A DNA stretch of 63,986 nucleotides, filler included, from Folioceros fuciformis (lineage: Eukaryota): NCBI GenBank assembly GCA_049999805.1. It is 4 parts of 4 records of this genome, joined end to end, with 100 filler letters (N's around TTAATTAATTAA, not from the genome) between each part and the next. Parts side by side here need not be neighbours in the genome. Positions count along the whole stretch, not along the records: positions 1 to 30,285 come from JBNGIO010004658.1; 3 more parts are not named here. One strand, written 5' to 3'. The number at the start of each line of letters is the position of its first letter. Within the stretch, counting starts at the first letter, position 1. The notes under the pieces are model-generated. The model made no database searches. It was not told the origin of the DNA and was given only the letters and a program-made list of their open reading frames with translations. This document shows positions 1 to 9,681 of this stretch, one piece after another. The translations under genes were made by a program, and so were the position numbers.

Positions 1-320
1 AGTTCATCCTCTTTTTTCTCTAGGGTAGAAAAAGGGTTGCGTCACGATGTGCTCATTAGGTAGACATATGAGGCTGGTATTCATTTGGGCTAGACCCTTT
101 TTTACTTTCGGTTTGTGGGCGGCTAGTTCCCTTTTCTTTTGGCCCTCTCTGCTCTCTTCCCCCTCTTATTTGAGGTCGCCAGCTCGCTCTTCGCTTTTCA
201 TTTAGAATATGCAAATCCTCTTTCTCACTTTCTCATAATGAAGTTTACATGCCCCGAGGCCCTGCCTAACAAGGAGACGTGAGTCAACTTCCTTGCGTCA
301 CCAGGGACGTGACCCGCACG

Positions 321-360
321 TTAACGTTGTGTTAGGGCAGTTGCCCTAACACAACGTTAA
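321..360. repeat. Perfect 19-bp inverted repeat with 2-nt spacer
   Basis: TTAACGTTGTGTTAGGGCA (321-339), GT, TGCCCTAACACAACGTTAA (342-360). Confidence 0.95.
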
Positions 361-421
361 TTAAAAAACGTTAAATTAATATTAATTAATAGTACATAGC
401 ATTTCCAATCGATAGTGCCAA

Positions 422-493
422 GGTCCTATGGTCTAGTGGTTAGGACACTGGACTTTGAATCCAGTAACCCGAGTTCAAATCTCGGTGGGACCT
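422..493 (+). tRNA. tRNA-Gln(TTG)
   Basis: 72-nt cloverleaf: acceptor GGTCCTA/TGGGACC, A-box TGGTCTAGTGG, anticodon arm CTGGA-CTTTGAA-TCCAG, T-loop GTTCAAAT, downstream T-runs (Pol III terminator) at ~516-527. Confidence 0.97.
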
Positions 494-722
494 TCCGACC
501 GACGCTGTGATTATCTTTTCGTTTTTTGAAAAACCGACACCCTCACGAAAGGAAGAACTGAAGAGATGTAACATGTCCTTCGCATTGTCACCTTTGACTC
601 TCGCCTCGTCCCAATACCTTAGTGCTCACGTCAAGCCCCCGGAGTTGGCCTTGTAGGACGCTCCGTTTCTTCATAGCAGCTTGCTCTCTTCATAGCTGCC
701 TCCTCTCTGTGCCGCCAGCGAC

Positions 723-1270
723 ATGGTGAGCTTGTCAATTCACGGTTCCTCAAAGGTCATGCATTTGGTGATGCCAGGGTTTTGCTGACTGATGCTCTTC
801 ATCTGCTCTGCAGGCTTTGGCACCGTTGATTGCTGGCGTGGCTGTGGCTGCGGCGGCCATGGCTGGGAAGTACGGCATAGAAGCCTGGCATGCTTTTAAG
901 ACAAGACCTGCGGCACCTCGGCTCCGCAGATTCTATGACGGAGGGTTTCAGCCGGTTATGACGAGAAGGGAAGCTGCCCTGATCCTTGGCGTAAGGTGAG
1001 AGATCTGTGATTCTTTCCTGCCGCAGTCACGTTGGGAGTGCAATCCGCTTGAAGCGAATGCCGTCTCACATGTTGCCGGTGGCTTGGGACTGCCTGATCG
1101 CTGTGTGCGGCAGGGTAAGCGTGGCTCAGGAAAAGGTCAAAGAAGCGCACAGACGTGTGATTGCCGCCAATCATCCGGATGCTGGCGGAAGCCATTACTT
1201 GGCTTCGAAAATAAATGAGGCCAAGGACCATCTTCTAGGACAAACGAAAGGCAGTGGATCGGCTTTCTAG
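723..1270 (+). CDS. PAM18: Mitochondrial import J-protein TIM14/PAM18; exons 723-725 (ATG only), 814-995, 1114-1270
   Basis: Spliced GT-AG product MALAPLIAG...[22 protein letters not shown]...[24 protein letters not shown]-domain motif. Confidence 0.93.
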
Positions 1271-1399
1271 CGGGCTTGCTGTGAAGGAGTTCCAAAGTCG
1301 CCGGTTCTTCTAGCTCTTGGGGGTATACTGGACCTACCACCTTACCTTGGTTTAACTTTGATTCAAAGTCTGCCCTTTACTTCAGTAGGGGTAAGCTGA

Positions 1400-2400
1400 C
1401 AAGCATTACTGTGCCGAATTGTGCCTTCCAGAACTTCGTCACCGTATTATCTAAGTGCGACAAGCTGCATGGGACTGTTAGTTCATCCTGATTGAGCTGT
1501 AAGACTATTCTACTAGGCGTTGGAATTTCTTCACCCGCGTTCAGGAGGATGCGTATTCTTTTTTCATGTAAGAGGACTTCATCAGCTTGAGAAAGCTCAT
1601 CTTTTAAGTGATTCAATCTTGCTAGCAAATGCAAAGCTGAGGTTCAAGGCTTTCACAAGAGTTTCCTGTTCTATCCTCGTGTCTCTTCGATTGTAGCTGG
1701 GTTAGCATCCGTATGATCCTGTAGCTCGAGATTGTGTGTAGCCGTTGGCCAGTGGTTCAAATGTAGGTGGAAAGCGGTGCCCTAGGTGTCCAGAGATTGG
1801 ATGCAGATGCTGGTACGAGCAGGTCATGAGAGACGGAGGCTCTATGCAGTGTATCAATTGCTCGGATCCTTGAATGATCTCTAGTCGCTGCACTGCTGTC
1901 TCACTCATCAAGGACTGAGCCAGAAGGAAATTGAGGAGATCCTGCCAATTTTTTCATGGACGTCGATAAGATTGGCCGGATCCAAGTTTGAGTGACAAGA
2001 CTTTCTGGTGGGTTGCTTTCAACCCATCTACCTCTTACATGATGTGGTTGAAGACTTTAGGGTGGCCGGCATGGCACTCTCTGTGGGCTGGTATGGTACT
2101 TGCTGAATGTTGGCTGCCACTGTATTCTATGTTGGCCTCTACGGTATTTTGGCATTTATGGTGTGACTCTGAGGTCCAAGTTGTCGGCGGTGAGGACGTT
2201 TCTCGGGCTTTCATCCGTGGCGGTGCGCGCAAGGTTCGGATTGATGTCATGTAGAGCCAGCGCCATCTCACCTGAAGGAGTTTGGATGGCTAACGGAAGT
2301 CTTATATGCCGGACTATGGGACACTGTTTACGCGTCCTTATGGTGAGTCTCCGTTATCGGCCCCCTCGAGTTGCAACCACGTAAATACGTAGTTGAAATT
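1400..2400 (+). mobile_element. Possible degenerate non-LTR (LINE) ORF2 3' remnant
   Basis: Interrupted frames with a CPRCP fragment (~1778) and Trp-rich STVFWHLW (~2140), reminiscent of LINE ORF2 C-termini. No intact ORF; boundaries approximate. Confidence 0.25.
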
Positions 2401-2677
2401 ATCATCAATTCAGGGCGAGAGGTTGTTATTTTTAGTAACTGAAAAGTTACTGTATCTTCAGAGTTGTGCTTTTTTGTCAAACATTGTTCAGCAGTCTTCG
2501 TCACGGCATTTCTTGAACTTGGCAGGACAATCGTTGCATTGACGCCGTCCATTATGTGCCGTCACAAAAACATTTGGAAGAGCACCACCCCTCTGCGTAT
2601 TCCTAACAATTTCTTTTGCACACGACATTACCTGCATCATACGGAACAAGTATCTTTAGACACTTTAGTTCTCTATC

Positions 2678-4534
2678 CTATTTCTCGATGGCCTCAATGC
2701 ACGCGGTGACACTAGCTTTTTGCGCCATTGCCTCCATCAATCCTTCGTAAGCCTTCGTGTTGGTCTTGAGAAGCGTCGCCGCATACAGGACCTGCACAAA
2801 AATGCGCTTTCAGAGTCAGGGAATCCGCCCCACGTTTCACGCCTAGCCAAATTTCCATGGCACATACAGGCTAACTTACAGCCCATCGCGTTAGATTTTG
2901 CTGCTGATCATTGCTGAGCTTTGGCTTACTCCTGTTTATGAGCCTCTGCAAATGTACACGGGAATCAGGATCGGCCCTGGAGCAATGTATCTCAGGTTCC
3001 GCGGAAACAACTGAACCTCTCACCTGTAGCGAAAAGAGATCAGCAGATTGACCCACTACTTTATCATACTTGAGGCCTTCAGCAGCTAATCCAGCCATTG
3101 ACACAACTGCTAACCTGCCCACCACACAAGCAGCATATCAGCCGCGAAGCATAAGATGTAACGGGAGTTGTGTCGAACTTGGCCAGGTATACTTCACCTA
3201 TCGAGCTCACTGCTTTCCACCCCACTTGTGTAGATGCGCTTTTGCAGCTTTTCATCCACAAGATTGACGTGCTCCTTTCCAAGGTCCAAGGAGTATCCCA
3301 GAATGGGCAATCCCACCAGATATGCAACTGCAGGCACAAGAAGGGACAAGAATGTGAGAGGAAGAGGGTGTCACTTCTCTCTCGATGGCTCAAGCAGCTG
3401 GGGTGACCCGTGCAAGGAAACACTCAGCCATTACCCAGGAAGTGAGCTGCTTCGTGCCTTAAAACCCGCTCCTGATAATCGGAGAACACGGAAGAGAATG
3501 CATCAGTCGCAGCTTGCAACAGTCTGTTGACAAGCAGGTGTTAGAAGATGGATTGCAATGCGAGGAGCTCAAAGTATACTGCATAACAGATTGAAACGAC
3601 TCACCCTGGTGCAATGCTTCCGACAGCCAGGACCACCAAGGAGATGCCTCCCACCAAGTACGGCACGAAGAAGCCCCAGTCCTGCAACAGTCTACCGTGA
3701 GGAGGGGCAAGCAGGAATTGCATTTCCAAACGAAAGAGACATGGTAATCGCAAGCTACCTTACCCCAGGCAGCTGACCGGCGAGCACGGCAACAACGCTA
3801 GTGACTCCCACCACAGTGGCCAAGAATGCTGCCTGAAACAAAAATGCACAGGAAAATGGCTCGGGGCACATGAATCTCCAAGCTCTTTGAGCTGAGCAAC
3901 GACAGCATGCAGCTTACATCGTTCCGCACGCTGGGGACGGCCAGGGTTTCGGGATTCTTGATCCCGATGCTGCTCAGCTCCCGGATGAATGTCTGCATTT
4001 CACAGGGCCACCACACATTTGAGTTGCGAGGCCTCGTCCAGGAACATATCAATGTGTGTCAGACGAAGACACGTGAGAAACAAATTACCGTGCGACGTGA
4101 GATATTAGGCATAGATCCCCACAGTTTGGCCAAGCCTTCCCGGCTCAATTGATCCAGCGCGCTCTTGACAGACTCTGCATCTTTCTGCATTGCGTTTCTT
4201 TCATCAGGGCCTACACCAGTCTTGAAAGTAGACCTGAGGTGATTCCGGACACAATTCAGGATCTGGCAAGGAAATGTACCGCAGCCACAGCGTCATTCAG
4301 GGCTTTGAAGCTCCCTCCCACTTCGCCCGCTACCGCTGCCACACCCTCTCCTGCTGAAGCTCGAAAATGCGGCTCAACTCGCCTTCTTGTCCCATTGGCC
4401 TGCAATCTCACTTTCCGGAGCACAAGACACGATTTTCTAGCCGCACGCCACCGGCCTGGATTGCTCTTGGAGCAGAAGGAGAATACCAAGACAGGCGAAC
4501 CCAGCGCTTTCACGTTCGCACACGCAGCTTCCAT
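2678..4534 (-). CDS. Chloroplast membrane protein with FtsH/M41-like HExxH domain (At2g21960-like), multi-exon
   Basis: Exons encode VPSVRND-AAFLATVVG, HEAAHFL, LGLPILGYSLDLGKEHVNL, LAVVSMAGLAAEGLKYDKVVGQSADLFSLQ, QQQNLTRWA. Transit-peptide-like N-terminus from ATG 4534; stop at 2678-2680. Confidence 0.85.
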
Positions 4535-4975
4535 AGCCACAGCCGCACAACTACTTCGGCCGTCTTTGGGGAACGTATGGATTACATTCCACACGTTGAA
4601 ACGCTGAGGCGTTTCATTCCTAGTTGGCGAATCAACATGCAGCTGTGTACCTCCTCTTGCATGATTCTGGGTGTCTTTAAATTGGATTCAATCCTTAAGG
4701 AGGTTCATACAGGGATAAAACTGACATCAATTAATACGTCCAGATTACAGAATGGGATATGGAGGCCCAGTGATTCTGGATGCTCCATCCATGTGGGTTG
4801 TAAGAAGGCTGAGCTGAGACGTTTCAGATTCAAGGGTTGGGTTTCGTTCGGAGAGCAGGCGTTGACGTCCTATGTGCTGACACCGATTACTTGAACAGCA
4901 AGCTATAAACAAGTTCCACACAGGTATGACATCCATATATGTACAGGTAGCAGAATGCTCGCCCACTATCACACG

Positions 4976-6056
4976 TTAGAAATCCTTTACAGAGAGGTTG
5001 ATGGAATTCCAGTTGAGCAAGTTGCTAGCCAGGAGATCGTCGGCTTTGATGTTACTCGTAAGGGCATCTTCATGATCTGTTGCTTCAAGGTTCATGGGTT
5101 CGTCACCTGAACGATATGCAAGTATTAGCTAAATGATTCCCCTGTCTTCCGGAAGTGACTAGCCCTCCTGAAGATGCCTTAAGCAGCTGAAGCATTCAAA
5201 CACAGCAGTTCATCGGAGGACGAAAGAGAGATTGGTTCAACTCTTCCACGACACGTGCTGGGCCAACCTAGAAAACTGGGGAAATGGGGCTTCGCAAACC
5301 TGCAGGACTGAAGAGCAACCGGTCGTCGACAGGGTCGGGCTGAAGAGGTTCCGCTGAGTTTGCAAATTTCTGGCGTATACCAGCGCATTATCAAGCACCC
5401 GTCAGTAACACAAAGTCATGACAACGGTCGTCGGTAACCAAGATGAGAGAAAAGGCAGCCAAACGTACTGGTTCCGCAGGAAGGTGCCACAGCCGCGGGA
5501 GATCTGTTCTGTACGCAAGAACCTTTGCAACACGCTTCTCTATCTCTGTGAATCAAGAAAGCTGGCGTGAGAAACTGTTGAAGCACAAACAAAACAGAAG
5601 AGACATTCAGATCTGTTTCCACACTCACCTTCATCTTCCATCTTCCGCCTCAACGCCTCCATGTCCGCCGCCGTAAAGTGAACTTTCTCAATTCCCTCTT
5701 CGGCCCAGCGCTGCACCTTCGCACTCACGTCCTCCCCGGCAATGTGAGCCCTGGAAACCGCGTTTCCAGATCCTGGTTCAGCCGGAAGCTGAGAGGGCTT
5801 CTGCTTCCCAAGCTTAGCCCCGGCGTCCGAAGGGCCCCTCAACTGGCTCCCGCTGTTGGTGATGTTCCGGAGCGGGGCACGAGGGAGACCCTTGCCTCCA
5901 TCCCTGGCAACCGCATTCTCGCTTCCACCGAGCGCTGCTTTGACAGCGGCAGGCTTGGTGTTGTCGACTTTGGAAACAGAGTAAGGCTGCACGTTTTTCA
6001 CATTTGTGATGTCTGCCAGCATCCGCCGCGGCTTGTCCACCGAGTTAGGCTGCTGA

Positions 6057-6098
<42 letters not shown>

Positions 6099-6205
6099 AA
6101 GCCTTTCCCTCTCACTCCCGCTTTGCCACCAAGCTTCCCCAGGGCATCCGCATTCTCATCCCGAGGCAGTGACTGTCCTGCCAGCCTGTTCCTCACTGCC
6201 GCCAT
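4976..6205 (-). CDS. PATRONUS/RSS1-like (plant securin-like) APC/C substrate, 4 exons
   Basis: N-terminal DENA (KEN/DEN box), two D-boxes (RRMLADITN, RAPLRNITN), poly-Q. In-frame splicing ends in WNSINLSVKDF*, resembling the PANS1 C-terminus. Confidence 0.6.
6050..6097 (-). repeat. CAG/CAA microsatellite encoding poly-Q
   Basis: (ctg)n run on + strand inside exon 1 of the PATRONUS-like gene. Confidence 0.95.
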
Positions 6206-6415
6206 CACTGACCTCTCCAAGGGGACACCAGAATGGAAGATAGAAAATGAGCTTCGTCAGACCAAAGCCGCTCAATGCCGCAATCACTCTCAGCACAGCA
6301 GCAGAATGGCAGCTGCTGATGCCGGCACAGAGATACCGCTGATCGCGATCCACAAAAAGAGTCAGGGGAAGATCGAACTGCTCGTGTGCGAGTTACAGAT
6401 CAAATGATCAAATGA

Positions 6416-6476
6416 CCGTTGGTGCTAGGCGGGAATGTGTTTCAGCCGGGAAGACGTTCCCCATCTGTTTTCGCCG
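6416..6476 (-). promoter_or_regulatory. MSA element plus two E2F-consensus sites upstream of the PATRONUS-like gene
   Basis: CCAACGG on - strand (6416-6422), ATTCCCGCC on - strand (6428-6436), TTTCGCCG on + strand (6469-6476). Short motifs, so chance matches are possible. Confidence 0.5.
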
Positions 6477-7257
6477 CTGAACCAACACTGAAACGCCTAA
6501 TCGGAGGGCTGCGTGTGGGAACGTGAGGTGGGTTTTTCAATGTAGATAAATCTCTAAAGGGTAAAATCTCTAAATTCTCAAGAAAAACAGTAAAGGAAAT
6601 GACGCATCAGGCTAAGTTCGGTTCCTGCAACGTTTGTCATTTATTTTCAATTTTTATCAATGGATAATTTTGCGCCGAAGACCTCACCCTCGAACATCCC
6701 CATGGAAACATCCTTTCTGAGATCTGTTCTGTTCTCGCTTGGGTCGTCCCTTCTTCGACGCGGAGACTGTGACTAACTACTGCACTGCCAAGAGAGACTG
6801 CTCTACACACTGAGGAGTATGCTCGTGGTTTAAGTTAACAGGTTCCATTTTTTCTCTTCCACCGAGGGCCTGTAAGGCCATAGAACACTTTTGAGACCAT
6901 GCATTCTGAGAACCCCAACAGACGCTGAGGACAAAGGAACTTCGTTTAGACCATGCAATTTGACAGCTCCTAGAGGTTCTGGGCCTGACTCCTTTCCACC
7001 TCTGTGCGTGAACCTACTGGACAAAACGCAGCGACCATTTTGTGAAAGCTACTGAACACTCAGTGCTGGTCTCCAGGAATAAATCGTGTCTACAAGTAGT
7101 CGACACGGAAAATCTTGCAAGCTAAGTCCACTTGAAAAGGAACGTGCAGAAACAAGTTCTGTAGACCTCGGCGGGTGGATTCTGGCCACCCTTTCAGATC
7201 TGTAGAGAGCAGTTCACATCTACAAAGTTGAAATGCAAACGCTACACAAACGATATC

Positions 7258-8901
7258 TTAGAATCGAGCCTTCCTCTTCCGCCCTGTGTACTTCGTGTCA
7301 GCAGGAACGTTCTCAACTCCCTTTCTCCTTCTCCGCTCTTTCTTCTTCAGAACCCAAACCCTGCCTGTTACCTTTTGTTTGGCATTCACTCGCTTATTTG
7401 GTCTCTGCCTTTTGGCAACCCTCACCTGTCATCAAAACAAAGTACAGTGTGGTGTTACTGCACTTGCAGCACATATCGAGCGAGGGTGACATGGGGACTG
7501 GCTTGCTTGCTTACTGTTCCGCTCTCGTCACTGTCACTGCCACTCTCATCGCTGCCACTACCACCATCCTCGCCCTTGCCTTTTGGGAGCAGACTCTTCA
7601 TACTTGGTGGACCACAGAGCAAGCAGAGGAAGTACTTCTTTGCGCGAGTGCTGCCACGTTGGAAGACAATAAGCTATGTCAGGACAGATGAACCTGGTCA
7701 TGCCAAGTTCTTGCTGATGAGTGTAGTCTGGGAAGGAAGGCTGCATCACCTGTGAGGGTAATCTACGACTAGACCGCCAGAAAAGCCTACTCGCATTGCT
7801 GCTGACGTGATCATCTCTAGCTGTTCTCGACTCTCTGGATAGAGTTGCAGAATTGCCCTTGAACCCCTGACCAAGCACCTGTACAGGGAAGAGAAGAAGG
7901 CCCTGGAATACAATACAAATTAGGTCAAGGACTGGTGAACGTGTGTAAATCAATACTGCGACGGTAACCAGCGGAGACGGAAGGAGGAGCTACTTGAGTC
8001 GAAGCCGAGGATTGTTGCAGGACTTGTCTGCATTGCAAAGCCACTGATCACCAAAACATGAAGCCACAAACATGGGGTTAGGTTTCCACATCGTCCCAAA
8101 AAGAAGCCCAACCTGCAAGCCTCCACAGCAAATGCAATTCAACAGGACCTACACCAAAGTGCAGTGAAACTGGCAGCTACCTGAACAGCAGAGATGCTTA
8201 TGGCACCATCTATAGTGCCGTCCCGCAAGCCCAGTCCCTGCTCCAGCATGACGGACATCAATTCACTGACCTTGCACCCTAGACCTTGATGATCAACACC
8301 AAGAAGAAAAGGAGGAAAGCAGACCTGGCCAATGTCAGAGAGAACAAGATCACCACCCACCTCTCGTTCCACCGCAATGTCTGCAGGACAAACAAACAGA
8401 AATTTTGATTCTATTATCCGTTCAGTCCTCCATCAACCTCGTCCAGAAGATGTCAGTCGGTCACCTACCCAGCATGGCTTCGGAGATATCCAGTCCAATC
8501 CAGTGATGCCCATTTTCTGTCAACGTTTCTCCACTGAGACCTGACCCACATCCTACACAGACCAAAACCTTGAGCAACATAGAGGGCAGGTGGCAAAACC
8601 CAAAACCCGACTCTCAAGCAGGCACTGAGATCTCACCGATGTCCAGAAGTACTCTCGGCACACCGTCATCCGGCAAGGCGAGAAGCTCCAAAGCCCTCTC
8701 GCTGAGCTTAGCCTGCAATACCCTCCAGAACAGCGCGATCAGCAAAACAGCGACAATGGACACACTTCCACAAGCATCCACACGATATACACGCAGGAAT
8801 ACCTGGATTTCTATAATTCTAGATGACGTCGTGTACTTCCGGGCCTCCGCTTCATTGTAGAAGACTTCAGGCGGATTCTGACGCTCCGGGCGGAGCGACA
8901 T
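7258..8901 (-). CDS. BUD23: 18S rRNA m7G methyltransferase BUD23/WBSCR22 (RID2), multi-exon
   Basis: [48 protein letters not shown]-terminus [13 protein letters not shown]. Confidence 0.93.
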
Positions 8902-9681
8902 CGTGACACCCAAAATCTAGCAACACAAGTTGGGATCGTTGCTCTACTCTGGATGCTTGTCTACATATGTACGTACGTCATACAGTGGTAACACTTCCAA
9001 ATTTTGGAAACTTTCTAAATATATCGGCCCATGTTCGAAAGCGGGGTCCAAGCTTTCACTCGCTTGCCTTCAACCTGTTTTCCTTGGCCTATTGGGTGAA
9101 CTGTGACTTTGAGGAAGATGGTGGCGTCCGAAGAGCGGTTGTGGTGATCACCAAACTGGTATCCTGAGGCCCCTGAGGACATGATTGACTGCTGGGTCCT
9201 CGAGAGCTATGGTCTCTCGAATTTCACTGCAGAATACTGGGCGATGGGACCGTGCCAAGCATCGCCGTGGTCCCATCGAGCAAGTCGGGACATCAGGCTG
9301 AACAAGGTGAGGTTTTGTTCCTTTGATGGCTCCTGAAGAAGGAGCTCTGAGCTAGCTGGAAGGGTCAAGACGTGGCCTTGCGGTTCAAACATTGGCTGCT
9401 TCCTGTGCAGGATGGTTTACTGTATCCTCATTTTAGACGCAAGAGAGTACCTCATTGCTGCCGCACAGCTTGGATGGAACCACTACTGCCCACTTTGCTA
9501 GACGCCTGTCCACCGCTGAGTAAGCCACAAGGTTTTGATACGGAAGCTTGGAGCCGGGAGACTCTTGGGTAATTATCCCACTTTGATCATTTGGAGAGGA
9601 AACGGAGGTCTCTGTACACTGCTGCGACTTTGGTATGCAAGCATTCGACTAAGGGTGACTGAGAGCTTTGGTCCTCGTTCT

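Noticed and set aside
9535-9681. ORF-track N-terminal extension of the PPR
   Set aside because: Starts at TTG; the first ATG is 9682.
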